Origin: an uncultured Acetobacteroides sp.
GTDB lineage: Bacteria > Bacteroidota > Bacteroidia > Bacteroidales > ZOR0009
DNA length: 64,000 bases
Reading direction: 5' to 3'
Assembly (NCBI GenBank): GCA_963678165.1
Contig: OY782755.1
Coordinates: forward strand, 3,227,996-3,291,995
Position 1 is the first letter of the stretch, and the number at the start of each line of letters is the position of its first letter. Below are positions 18,520 through 27,378 of this stretch, one piece after another. The position numbers and the translations under genes are program-made. Under the pieces are notes generated by a model. That model was not told the origin of the DNA and did no database searches. It saw only the letters and a list, made by a program, of their open reading frames with translations.

Positions 18520-19349
18520 TACTTATTGCAGATAGCGGCTCTACCAAAACCGAATGGGTGGCCGTTGAAGGCGGAAAGGTTGTTGCCACCATCAAGACTT
18601 TAGGCATCAACCCCGTTTTTCAGACCGTTGAGGAGATTCAGAAGGACGTAGCGGACAATGTGGCTCCCGCTTTTGCCGGCCTAACGATTACCGAGTTCTT
18701 CTTCTACGGTGCAGGATGCCTCCCCGAGAAGATTGAGGGCGTGCGCCAAGCCCTCGCCCACTCCTTTTCGGCTGCAACCATCAGCGTGCAGAGCGACTTG
18801 GTTGGTGCTGCCCTTGCGGTTTGCGGCAACAAGCCAGGCATTGCCTGCATTTTGGGAACGGGCTCGAACACCTGCTTCTGGGATGGCGAGAAGATCGCGA
18901 AGAACGTTTCGCCCCTTGGCTTTATCCTTGGCGACGAGGGTAGCGGTGCCATGATGGGCAAAACCTTTGTTGCCGACGTGCTCAAGAATCAGATGCCCGA
19001 GCATATCGCCAAGAAGTTTATGGAGCAGCTGAACCTTACCCCTGCCGAGGTTATCAACAGGGTGTACCGCCAGCCATTCCCCAACCGATTCCTGGCCACG
19101 TTCACCCGCTTTATGAACGAGAACAAGCACGAGAAGGAGATTAGCGACCTTATTACCCGCAACTTTATTCTCTTCTTCGAGCGCAACATCAAGCAGTACG
19201 ACTACACGAGCTACCCCGTGAACATCATCGGTTCGATAGGGTTCCACTTCCGCGAAATGCTCGAGGCAGCGGCTGCTCCCCTTGGCATCAAGCTCGGCAA
19301 GGTTGAGCAGAGCCCCATTAATGGCTTAATTGAATATCACTCTCGCTAA
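18516..19349 (+). CDS. BadF/BadG/BcrA/BcrD-type ATPase (MurK-like MurNAc/GlcNAc kinase)
   Basis: The true start MILIADSGSTKTEW overlaps the upstream stop (ATGA at 18516-18519). ASKHA motifs DSGSTKT, GTGSN and GDEGSG are present. Confidence 0.85.
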   Translation: MILIADSGSTKTEWVAVEGGKVVATIKTLGINPVFQTVEEIQKDVADNVAPAFAGLTITEFFFYGAGCLPEKIEGVRQALAHSFSAATISVQSDLVGAALAVCGNKPGIACILGTGSNTCFWDGEKIAKNVSPLGFILGDEGSGAMMGKTFVADVLKNQMPEHIAKKFMEQLNLTPAEVINRVYRQPFPNRFLATFTRFMNENKHEKEISDLITRNFILFFERNIKQYDYTSYPVNIIGSIGFHFREMLEAAAAPLGIKLGKVEQSPINGLIEYHSR

Positions 19350-19367
19350 GATTATAAGACTACGACT

Positions 19368-20186
19368 ATGGCTTTTAAGAAGATCACAGAGCAACCATCA
19401 CTCTATAACGACTTAGAGAAGAAGAGCGTTTCGGAGCTGCTCTTCGACATCAACAGCGAGGACCAAAAGGTGGCCCTTGCCGTTCGCGAAACCATCCCCC
19501 AAATCGAGAAGCTCGTGGAGGGCATCGTTGAGCGCATGAAAAAGGGAGGACGCATCTTCTACCTCGGCGCCGGAACCAGCGGCCGCCTAGGCGTACTCGA
19601 CGCTTCGGAGATTCCGCCAACCTACGGCATGCCCCAGGGCAAGGTTATCGGCCTGATTGCCGGAGGCGATAAGGCGCTCCGCAACCCCATCGAGGCCGCC
19701 GAGGACAACCCCGAGCGGTCGTGGGAGGAGCTTACCGCCCACAACATCGGCGAGCTCGACGTGGTGATCGGCATCGCCGCTTCGGGAACCACCCCCTACG
19801 TGATTGGAGCCTTGGAGAAGGCGCGCGCCTTGGGCATTCTTACCGCAGCCATATCGTGCAACCCCGATGCACCCGTATGCAAGGCGGCAGAGATTGCCAT
19901 CGAGCCCATCGTAGGCCCCGAGTTCGTAACCGGATCGACCCGCATGAAGTCGGGAACCGCCCAGAAGCTGGTGCTGAACATGATTACCACCACTACCATG
20001 ATTAAGCTGGGTAGGGTTAAAGGGAATAAGATGGTAAACATGCAGCTCACCAACAAAAAGCTGGTAGACCGCGGCACCCGCATGATCGTGGAGGAAACCG
20101 GGCTCGACTACGAAACCGCCAAGGCGCTCCTGCTGGAGCACGGATCGGTAAAAAAAGCCGTTGATGCCTTTAGGGGTAAAGAATAA
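19368..20186 (+). CDS. murQ: N-acetylmuramic acid 6-phosphate etherase
   Basis: 272-aa SIS-domain protein with GAGTSGRLGVLDASE, TPYV and STRMKSGTAQK, which is typical of MurQ. Confidence 0.93.
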   Translation: MAFKKITEQPSLYNDLEKKSVSELLFDINSEDQKVALAVRETIPQIEKLVEGIVERMKKGGRIFYLGAGTSGRLGVLDASEIPPTYGMPQGKVIGLIAGGDKALRNPIEAAEDNPERSWEELTAHNIGELDVVIGIAASGTTPYVIGALEKARALGILTAAISCNPDAPVCKAAEIAIEPIVGPEFVTGSTRMKSGTAQKLVLNMITTTTMIKLGRVKGNKMVNMQLTNKKLVDRGTRMIVEETGLDYETAKALLLEHGSVKKAVDAFRGKE

Positions 20187-20199
20187 AGCGTAAACGCAT

Positions 20200-20236
20200 G
20201 CAGGCTTTCCCTAAAACGGAGAGCCTGCTCGTTTTT
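20200..20236 (+). terminator. Intrinsic terminator of the murQ operon
   Basis: Stem GCAGGCT (20200-20206) / AGCCTGC (20222-20228), followed by TCGTTTTT. Confidence 0.7.
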
Positions 20237-20357
20237 ACGCAAGCAGGATAGTCCACCCGAGCGGTTTTTTATCGACTCACAGGTGCAGAAACTCCCAAGC
20301 TGGCAGCTTGGCCCCAATTGCAGGCATAGAAACTTCCAAACAGCTAGTTGGGAGTAT

Positions 20358-20510
20358 AAAAAGTGCGCTGGCAGGCCTCATGCAACCAGTTTTAGCCAAA
20401 AAAGCATACTGGCAAGCTCCATGCAGCCATGTTTGAGGCAAAAATGTGCGATGGGAAGTTCCATGCAACCTGCGTAAGCCCAAAAAAGTGCGCAGAGAAC
20501 CACCGAGATC
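20358..20510. repeat. Degenerate phased repeat array (about 42-bp period, 3.6 copies)
   Basis: Units start at 20358, 20398, 20440 and 20482 with consensus AAAAAGTGCGMTGGSARGYYCCATGCARCC. A more diverged relic lies at 20297-20325. Confidence 0.75.
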
Positions 20511-20568
20511 GTATTTTTTGAACAAAAAAGGGGGCAAGCCCCCGCTAAGCAGCCCGCTTGAAAATGAT

Positions 20569-20576
20569 TACTTTTG
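20569..20576 (+). promoter_or_regulatory. Bacteroidota -7 box for the amidase-like gene
   Basis: TACTTTTG matches TAnnTTTG, 128 nt upstream of the ATG at 20704. Confidence 0.5.
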
Positions 20577-20703
20577 TTTGCTGAAGCAAAAAGCGGCTAG
20601 ATGCTCCGCTTTTAGCCTCAAGATGGAGGTCGAAAAGTCCCCCATTCGTTCAAAGATCAGAAGCATCAACCATAACTCGAAGACCATACCAATCATTTCT
20701 CCA

Positions 20704-23343
20704 ATGAAAAGAAAAAACATAGCCTTGCTTGCTGCACTGCTCACCGTATCGTCCGTATACGGGCAGCAGAACCAGCTGGTAAAAGAACCTATCAAAGGCG
20801 ATTTCCCCAAGGGGCTATCGGGGAGGCACATCGCCATGTGGCACAGCCACGGATACTACTACGAATCGAAGCTCGACCGATGGGAGTGGCAGCGCGCCCG
20901 CTGCTTCAGCAACGTGGAGGACATCGGCAACATGCCCTACGTGGTGAAGTACCTGGAGCCGATGCTCGAGAATGCGGGTGCGGTGACGCTTATTCCCCGC
21001 GAACGCGACTACCAGAAGCAGAGGTATGTTGTAGACAACGACCTATCCACTAAGGGCGGAACCGTCACCAAGCTGGGCGTCTGGAAGGCAGAGCACGAGG
21101 GCTACAAGTACAAGGCCGTGCTCTACCCCCACGACAACCCTTTCAAGATGGGAACCCACCTCGAAGCAAAGACCTCGTCAAAGGGTACGGCCAGCCTCAC
21201 CTACAAGCCCCACATGGCGCCCACCAAAAAGGGCGACTACGCGGTGTACATCTCGTGGGCCAACACCCCCAGCAACGTCAGCGACGTAACCTACAAGGTG
21301 TACCACACCGGAGGCGTTTCGGAGTTCGTTGTTAACCAAAAGATGTACGGAGAAACGTGGCAGTACCTCGGCACCTTTAACTTCGATAGCGCACATGCCG
21401 CCGTGGTAGTGTCGAACAGGAGCAACGAAAAGGGAGTGGTTACCTCCGATGCGGTTCGCTTTGGTGGAGGCATGGGCATGGTTGCCCGCCGCCCATCGGC
21501 TACTATCACCGATAACGCAAAATCCAGCTCCAACGGGGCCGCCAAGGCCCAATCGGTAAACCCCGACGACTACGAATGGAAGACCAGCGGCGTGCCCAGC
21601 TACCTCGAGGCCTCGCGCTACTACCTGCAGGCCGCCGGTATCCCCGACAGCATCTACAGCCGTACCAAGTACCAGAACGACTACAACGACGACTACCAGA
21701 GCCGTCCCCATTGGGCCAACTTCCTCAAGAAGCATAAGGTGCCCATCGACCTAACGCTGGCCTTCCACACCGACGCCGGAGCGACCCCCAACGACTCGAT
21801 TGTGGGTACGCTGGCCATCTACAGCACCAAGAACGGCAACATGAGCGATGGCCGCAGCCGCCAGCAAAGCGGAATCATGGGCAACATCATCCAAACCCAG
21901 GTGTGCAACGACATCAAGCAGCTGCACAACTCGAAGTGGACCAAGCGCGCCCTCCGCGATGCCTCGTACAGCGAAGCCTCCGTTGCCGACGCCCCTACCC
22001 TGCTCCTCGAGCTGCTATCGCACCAGAACTTGGCCGACATGACCTACGGGCTCGACCCCCGCTTCCGCTTCACCGTTGCCCGCGCCATCTACAAGGGCAT
22101 GGTACGCTACCTAAACGGTGCCGATGCCCCCATTCAGCCGCTTGCGCCCAATAGCCTAGCAATTGAAAAGGTAAAGGGAAAGACCATTCGCCTTTCGTGG
22201 AAGAATACCGCCGATCCGCTAGAGCCCACCGCCAACGCCGCCAAGTACCGCATCTACATGCGCACCAACGACAACGGATTCTCGCCCAAATTCAAGGAGG
22301 TAACCGGCGAATCGGCAGAAATAGAGCTACCCGAATGGGGCACGCGCTACTCGTTTAAGGTTACCGGCGTCAACGATGGTGGCGAAAGCTTCGCCACCGA
22401 GCAGCTGTCGGCATGCCTCTTCAACAACAGCCAGAAGCCAGCGCTAATTGTCAACGGCTTTACCCGCATATCGGCCCCAAAATCGTTCGACCTAGGCGCA
22501 AAAGCAGGGTTCGAATGGTGGGAAGATGAGGGCGTAGCCGATGGCATGGAGCCAACCTTCCTTGGGTATCAGCAAAACTATAACCGCAACGAGCCTTGGC
22601 TCGACGACGACAACACCGGATGGGGCTCATCGGGTGTCGAATGGTGGGGTAATACCGAGCACGGCAACACCCACGACTTTACCCATACTCAGGGAGCATC
22701 CTACCAAAAATGGGGAATCTCGTACGTCTCTACTAGCCGTAGCGCCTTCGAGAGCAGCACTACCGTTACGCCATACCGATTTATCGATGTACTCTTTGGC
22801 GAGCAACGCACCGTTAAGAACTTTAGGGAAGAGCGCGACAGCTTTGCCGTATTCACCCCCAAAATGGTGGAAGCACTTGACAAAGCTGTAGGCAAGAACA
22901 TCCCCCTACTCCTATCGGGAGCCTACATCGGCACCGATATGGTTGAGCAAAAAGATTCCTCAGCCATTAAGTTTGCCGCCGACAAGCTTGGCTTCAGGTG
23001 GATGACCAACCATGCTAGCAATACCGGAGTCGTATATTCTACCGATAATGCAAAACCATACATCAAAGGGACATGGAATTTCAACGGTTCAACCCTAACG
23101 CCCGAAGAGCTCAACGGTAGCAGCCTTCGCATCGAAGCACCCGATGCCATCGAACCCACAGATAAAGCAATCCGCATTATGCGCTACCGCGATACGCAAA
23201 CCAGCGCAGGAACGCTGCTAAAATCGAATGGTAGTAAGGTTGTTGTACTAGGTTTCCCACTCGAAGCAATATCTTCAGAAGCTGCGAAGAATTCGCTGAT
23301 GAAGCAGATATTTACATTTTTCGGAGTCGATTTCAAAAAGTAA
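20704..23343 (+). CDS. Large secreted cell-wall amidase-like protein (MurNAc-L-Ala amidase-type fold with inserted beta domain and FN3 domain). Proteins of this kind are often auto-annotated as 'xanthan lyase'.
   Basis: The start is at MKRKNIALLAALLTVSSVYGQ (signal peptide). Segments HSHGYYYE and LAFHTDAG...LLLELLSHQN resemble Amidase_3 metal sites. An FN3-like segment is present (IRLSWKNTADPLEPTANAAKYRIYMR). The gene is adjacent to murQ. Confidence 0.65.
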   Translation: MKRKNIALLAALLTVSSVYGQQNQLVKEPIKGDFPKGLSGRHIAMWHSHGYYYESKLDRWEWQRARCFSNVEDIGNMPYVVKYLEPMLENAGAVTLIPRERDYQKQRYVVDNDLSTKGGTVTKLGVWKAEHEGYKYKAVLYPHDNPFKMGTHLEAKTSSKGTASLTYKPHMAPTKKGDYAVYISWANTPSNVSDVTYKVYHTGGVSEFVVNQKMYGETWQYLGTFNFDSAHAAVVVSNRSNEKGVVTSDAVRFGGGMGMVARRPSATITDNAKSSSNGAAKAQSVNPDDYEWKTSGVPSYLEASRYYLQAAGIPDSIYSRTKYQNDYNDDYQSRPHWANFLKKHKVPIDLTLAFHTDAGATPNDSIVGTLAIYSTKNGNMSDGRSRQQSGIMGNIIQTQVCNDIKQLHNSKWTKRALRDASYSEASVADAPTLLLELLSHQNLADMTYGLDPRFRFTVARAIYKGMVRYLNGADAPIQPLAPNSLAIEKVKGKTIRLSWKNTADPLEPTANAAKYRIYMRTNDNGFSPKFKEVTGESAEIELPEWGTRYSFKVTGVNDGGESFATEQLSACLFNNSQKPALIVNGFTRISAPKSFDLGAKAGFEWWEDEGVADGMEPTFLGYQQNYNRNEPWLDDDNTGWGSSGVEWWGNTEHGNTHDFTHTQGASYQKWGISYVSTSRSAFESSTTVTPYRFIDVLFGEQRTVKNFREERDSFAVFTPKMVEALDKAVGKNIPLLLSGAYIGTDMVEQKDSSAIKFAADKLGFRWMTNHASNTGVVYSTDNAKPYIKGTWNFNGSTLTPEELNGSSLRIEAPDAIEPTDKAIRIMRYRDTQTSAGTLLKSNGSKVVVLGFPLEAISSEAAKNSLMKQIFTFFGVDFKK

Positions 23344-23362
23344 CACACCCCAATAACAACGT

Positions 23363-23388
23363 AAAAAGGTGGCTAATGCCACCTTTTT
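23363..23388. terminator. Bidirectional intrinsic terminator between convergent genes
   Basis: AAAAAGGTGGC (23363-23373) / GCCACCTTTTT (23378-23388) with loop TAAT. Confidence 0.85.
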
Positions 23389-23413
23389 ACGTTTATACCA
23401 GAGCCAAATAAAG

Positions 23414-24019
23414 CTACATTTCAATCTTGAACACCTCTGTTTCGTCATGGCTAATTGCATTCAGCATCATCTTTTTAATAGGCATCAGCTGAGCCTCTTT
23501 TATAGACGACAGCAACTTTTCGGCTAGTTCGAAATTACCCTGCTCTCTGGCAATCTCAGCCTTAATCATTCTTGAGTAAACATCGCTTTCGTCCAGCAAT
23601 TCCGAAAGGGCATTCATATTAGTAAGCCAAATAGTTTTTTCATCTTCGCTTTCGAAAAGGGACTTACCCTGCCTAACCCTGTCATTAAATGCCCAAAGAA
23701 GCTCCATCCGCAGAATTTCCTCTTCGTCAGGTGTCACCGTTTGGGTGTTATCGGTTAGCATTTCCACATATTCAATGATGCTAAGCGATCTAACGATAGG
23801 AAGTTCTTCTTCAACCGGATTTACCTCTACGGCTGCATCCTCTATCCAGAAGAACTCGTTGCACTTGCTACAGCGAGATACCTCAAGAGCCTCATTCAAC
23901 TCCGACGAAACGGTTTTACCATCGGAGTACATTTCGTAATCCTTAAGCTTCTTTGCTGGCTTAACCATTCGGTGCTGCGCGCCGCAATAAGGGCACTTTA
24001 CTACTTGAAAACTTTGCAT
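23414..24019 (-). CDS. Hypothetical protein with an N-terminal zinc-ribbon (CPYC...CSKC)
   Basis: 201 aa with CPYCGAQH ... CSKCNEFF, lying 19 nt downstream of trkH. The C-terminal half is helical and TPR-like. Confidence 0.55.
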   Translation of the reverse strand: MQSFQVVKCPYCGAQHRMVKPAKKLKDYEMYSDGKTVSSELNEALEVSRCSKCNEFFWIEDAAVEVNPVEEELPIVRSLSIIEYVEMLTDNTQTVTPDEEEILRMELLWAFNDRVRQGKSLFESEDEKTIWLTNMNALSELLDESDVYSRMIKAEIAREQGNFELAEKLLSSIKEAQLMPIKKMMLNAISHDETEVFKIEM

Positions 24020-24038
24020 TTCCTTTATGTTTATTTCT

Positions 24039-25481
24039 TTACTTCCACGAACGAATAAAAACTATCATCAGCAAACCATATATCTCGAGCCTGCCAAGTA
24101 GCATCAGAAGAGTTAGCCACCACATCGAGAAATCGGGTAGGCTGCCATAATTCCCCATTGTGCCAACTAGCCCAAAGCCAGGTCCCACATTGCCCATACA
24201 CGCCGCTGATGCCGAAAATGAGCTAAGGATATCGAGGCCAAACATTCCTAAGACAACCGTCGACAAGAAGATAATCATGACGTAAAAAACGATGAACAAC
24301 AACGAGGAGCTTACCACCTCATCTGCAATGATGGTTTTCCCTATGCGAACAGGGATAACCGCATTGGGATGCTGAAGTCGCTTTATCTGAGTTTTGATGG
24401 TATTGCCAAAAAGCACAACCCTATCCACCTTAATTCCGCCCGATGTTGACCCCGCACAACCGGCCTGCATCATAAAAAGGATGAGCAGCATTATAGCAAA
24501 CGGTGGCCATAGCGAAGTGTTGGCATTATAAAAACCTGTTGAGGAAGCCAACGATGCAACCTGAAAAAAGGCATGCTTAAAAGAATCAGCCCATCCCGTA
24601 TAGGTCGATAACCGAAGCCCTACAGATAAAACCAAAGCCCCTATCAAAATAGAAAGCAGATAAATTTTTGCCACACCCGACTTAAATACAGAGACCTCCC
24701 TCCGCATAAAAGAAGCGAATATCAGGCTAAAGTTTAGCCCCGAAACAACCATGAAGATAAAGATGATTACCTCGGCAACGGAGTTATTAATACCAATTAT
24801 ATTGCTATTGCTCATTGCAAATCCGCCTGTTGATATGGTACTAAACGAGTAAGCGATAGCATCAACAACGCTAAGTCCCGACAAGTATAGGAGTATCGCT
24901 TGAAGAACCGTTAAGATGATGTAGACCACAAGAATCGTGCGTAGAGACCCAAACACCCCTTTAGAAACGTTCAACTTCGATAGCGACGACATCTCTATCT
25001 TAGATAGGTTAGCATGTACCTTGCCCAGCGAAGGAAGAACTACCAACGCAAAAAGGACAACGCCACCTCCACCAATCCACTGGGTCGAGGATCTCCAAAA
25101 ACGAATGCTTAACGGTAAGGCATCAATGTTTGCCAACGAGGTAGCACCTGTGGTTGTATAGCCCGAAACGCTTTCGAACCATGCCTTTGTTACAGAAAAC
25201 TCACCACCCCACAGCAAGTAGGGTAGCATACCAATAGCACAACAAAGAAGCCACGAAAAGGCTACAATAACGTAACTTTCCTTTAGGCTAATATCACGAT
25301 AAACAGGAACAAATATCAAAGGGAAAGCCCCCATCGCCGTAGTAACCAAAAAGCTGAGCAGCAAAGGAAAAAATCCCGCATCAAAATGATTTAAAGTAGA
25401 TACAGTAGTTGCAATAAGCATGAAAACTGCATTAAGCAGTAATCCCATCGATACATACCTAACGATAACAAAAAGTCTCAT
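24039..25481 (-). CDS. trkH: TrkH/KtrB-family potassium uptake membrane protein
   Basis: 480 aa with four pore-loop signatures: SGYTTTGAT, TISTGGFA, ASSTGFY and GSTSGGIK. Confidence 0.9.
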   Translation of the reverse strand: MRLFVIVRYVSMGLLLNAVFMLIATTVSTLNHFDAGFFPLLLSFLVTTAMGAFPLIFVPVYRDISLKESYVIVAFSWLLCCAIGMLPYLLWGGEFSVTKAWFESVSGYTTTGATSLANIDALPLSIRFWRSSTQWIGGGGVVLFALVVLPSLGKVHANLSKIEMSSLSKLNVSKGVFGSLRTILVVYIILTVLQAILLYLSGLSVVDAIAYSFSTISTGGFAMSNSNIIGINNSVAEVIIFIFMVVSGLNFSLIFASFMRREVSVFKSGVAKIYLLSILIGALVLSVGLRLSTYTGWADSFKHAFFQVASLASSTGFYNANTSLWPPFAIMLLILFMMQAGCAGSTSGGIKVDRVVLFGNTIKTQIKRLQHPNAVIPVRIGKTIIADEVVSSSLLFIVFYVMIIFLSTVVLGMFGLDILSSFSASAACMGNVGPGFGLVGTMGNYGSLPDFSMWWLTLLMLLGRLEIYGLLMIVFIRSWK

Positions 25482-26242
25482 TAGTCTTCTATCTTATTTG
25501 ATTTGTTTTGAATTATGAGTTTTTCAACCGAATTTTTCAGCCGCTCAAGTTCATCTTTGGTATCAACCTTAACCCTAAAAGGGATAGCATGTTTTACGTA
25601 ATTCTCAACACCTTGAGAAATTCGAGTTATCGGAGTAACAAAAAAGATGTTGACAAAATAGTTGAAAAGGAAAACAAAAACGATCCCTACCCCAATGGCT
25701 ATAAGACCAGGCATCATAGCTCTGTTCGCTCCTGTTTTCATTTGTTTGACATTTTGATATATAGCTTTTTGATTAACCGCCATCAAACTATCGACTGCTC
25801 TAATAAGTTGATTTTGATTAGGCATAAGAACAGCAAAATACCAATCAATATTTTTGGCATTTGAACTTAAAACAGCACTATCCACCTGCATCTTAAACAT
25901 TCTATAGCTGCTATCTATTGCCTTAACGTAATGTTCTTCTCCTTCAATTGTAAGATTATTCAAAGCAGCACTATAGGATCTTTCAAAAAGCTTTTCACCA
26001 TCATCAATGGCCTTTATTGCCCCCTCCGACTTACCATTAATAGCAAGGAGAACCCCCTGATTAATTTGGTTCAATGCGCCAACCATCTGTTTTGAGACTT
26101 CAATTGATCGAAGATTATCATTTAGCATACCCTGCACTGAATTGCCCATACTATTTACCTCAAAAAGGGTAATTGCACCTGAGAGGAAAAGCAGCAATCC
26201 TATTACAACAAAACCGGCTAGCATTTTAGATTTAATCCCCAT
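25481..26242 (-). CDS. Membrane sensor-like protein: periplasmic four-helix-bundle (4HB_MCP-like) domain + TM + HAMP-like segment, with no output domain
   Basis: The N-terminus MLAGFVVIGLLLFLSGAITLFEVNSMGNSVQGMLNDNLRSIE is typical of 4HB_MCP. A second TM helix is followed by PITRISQGVENY...DELERLKNSVEKL. The stop overlaps the trkH start (TAATG). Confidence 0.6.
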   Translation of the reverse strand: MGIKSKMLAGFVVIGLLLFLSGAITLFEVNSMGNSVQGMLNDNLRSIEVSKQMVGALNQINQGVLLAINGKSEGAIKAIDDGEKLFERSYSAALNNLTIEGEEHYVKAIDSSYRMFKMQVDSAVLSSNAKNIDWYFAVLMPNQNQLIRAVDSLMAVNQKAIYQNVKQMKTGANRAMMPGLIAIGVGIVFVFLFNYFVNIFFVTPITRISQGVENYVKHAIPFRVKVDTKDELERLKNSVEKLIIQNKSNKIED

Positions 26243-26360
26243 AACAGTACTTTAACTCTTGTTAATTTAATACGAAAATAGGGAAGAAAAAGTAAAAAAA
26301 CACCCACATTCGTTCATAATCTATTTTTAATATATTAGCAAAGCGTTTCTACACCCATCA

Positions 26361-26933
26361 ATGTCAGATAAAGACCTTATAGAACAAACACTTAACGGAG
26401 ACAATTCTCACTTCAGGCATCTTGTAGATAAGTACAAGCAACAGGTGCAGCGGACCTGCTATGGCTTTACGCAATCGCTTCCCGATGCTGAGGATATTGC
26501 TCAGGAGGTGTTTATCGAAGTATTTGAATCGCTTGGATCTTTTCGACATGAGTCGAAATTTAGCACTTGGATTTACCGGATAGCAGTAAACAAATCGCTA
26601 AATCATCTGAGAAAGCAGAAACGAAGGCTGATAATGCAAAGCCTCGAAGACCTGCTGATTGGGAAAGGAAAGGCTGATACAGGGGAATACATAGATGACC
26701 ATCGACTACCAGATGACTTTACCGATCCCGATGAAAACCTCAAAAGATTAAAACTAGCCCTTAACGAGCTACCGAACAACCAGAGAGTTGCAATCACGTT
26801 ATTCACCTATCAGCAACTTTCATACAAGCAAATCTCCGAGATTATGAATATTTCAATATCATCGGTAGAATCGCTTATATTTCGATCAAAACGAAATCTT
26901 AGAAGGATTTTGGTGGCAAAGTCTAATTATTAG
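26361..26933 (+). CDS. ECF (sigma-70 family) RNA polymerase sigma factor
   Basis: Region 2 (AEDIAQEVFIEVF...FSTWIYRIAVNKSLNHLRK) and region 4 (LSYKQISEIMNISISSVESLIFRSKRNL) are both present. Confidence 0.9.
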   Translation: MSDKDLIEQTLNGDNSHFRHLVDKYKQQVQRTCYGFTQSLPDAEDIAQEVFIEVFESLGSFRHESKFSTWIYRIAVNKSLNHLRKQKRRLIMQSLEDLLIGKGKADTGEYIDDHRLPDDFTDPDENLKRLKLALNELPNNQRVAITLFTYQQLSYKQISEIMNISISSVESLIFRSKRNLRRILVAKSNY

Positions 26934-26987
26934 AACCGAACCGCAAGTTTTCAATCAAAAAATTGTCAATAGATAAAAGGTATACAC

Positions 26988-27368
26988 ATGAGATGTAAAG
27001 AATTCAAATCAAGATTCATCAACAACGAGCCCTCGCAGCTCGATGAGGTTGCCTTTTCCCATATGGATTCATGTGCAAATTGTAAGCAACTGTACGAATC
27101 ATATTTAGCCTTATCAAGCCAAATCGAACAGGCAAAGTGTCCTACATTTAACCCATACTTCACCGAAAAGGTCATTGACAAACTAGCCCACAAACCACAA
27201 CAACGCCAGTATAACAGCGTCCGTTATGCCCTAATTGTATCGGTAGTTGTTACCTTCCTTGTCGGAGGTCTTACTGTTTACATTGCACACAGCAAAAACC
27301 AGTCGCAGCAGTACGATATGCTCAGCCTTAACGATATTACGAAAGTACCCGTTGCTTTCGAAAAATAA
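26988..27368 (+). CDS. Anti-sigma factor (zf-HC2-like, single-pass membrane protein)
   Basis: 126 aa with CKEF...HMDSCANC, one TM helix (YALIVSVVVTFLVGGLTVYIA), and a position directly downstream of the ECF sigma gene. Confidence 0.7.
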   Translation: MRCKEFKSRFINNEPSQLDEVAFSHMDSCANCKQLYESYLALSSQIEQAKCPTFNPYFTEKVIDKLAHKPQQRQYNSVRYALIVSVVVTFLVGGLTVYIAHSKNQSQQYDMLSLNDITKVPVAFEK

Positions 27369-27378
27369 AAGTATTACC

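Noticed and set aside
18681-20141. Long antisense ORFs inside GC-rich genes (18681..19247-, 19587..20141-; also 21178..21735-, 33536..34234-, 61825..62631+)
   Set aside because: They lie entirely within well-supported genes on the opposite strand, and their composition (rich in G/A/R/V/H/L) is typical of shadow ORFs.
20446-20703. N-terminal extensions of track ORFs (20446 for the amidase-like gene; likewise 47568, 27247, 63084, 10327, 39574, 45662, 53050)
   Set aside because: The extensions lack protein-like sequence, run through repeats or promoter boxes, or begin with TTG. In each case an internal ATG is followed immediately by a canonical signal peptide or a conserved N-terminus.
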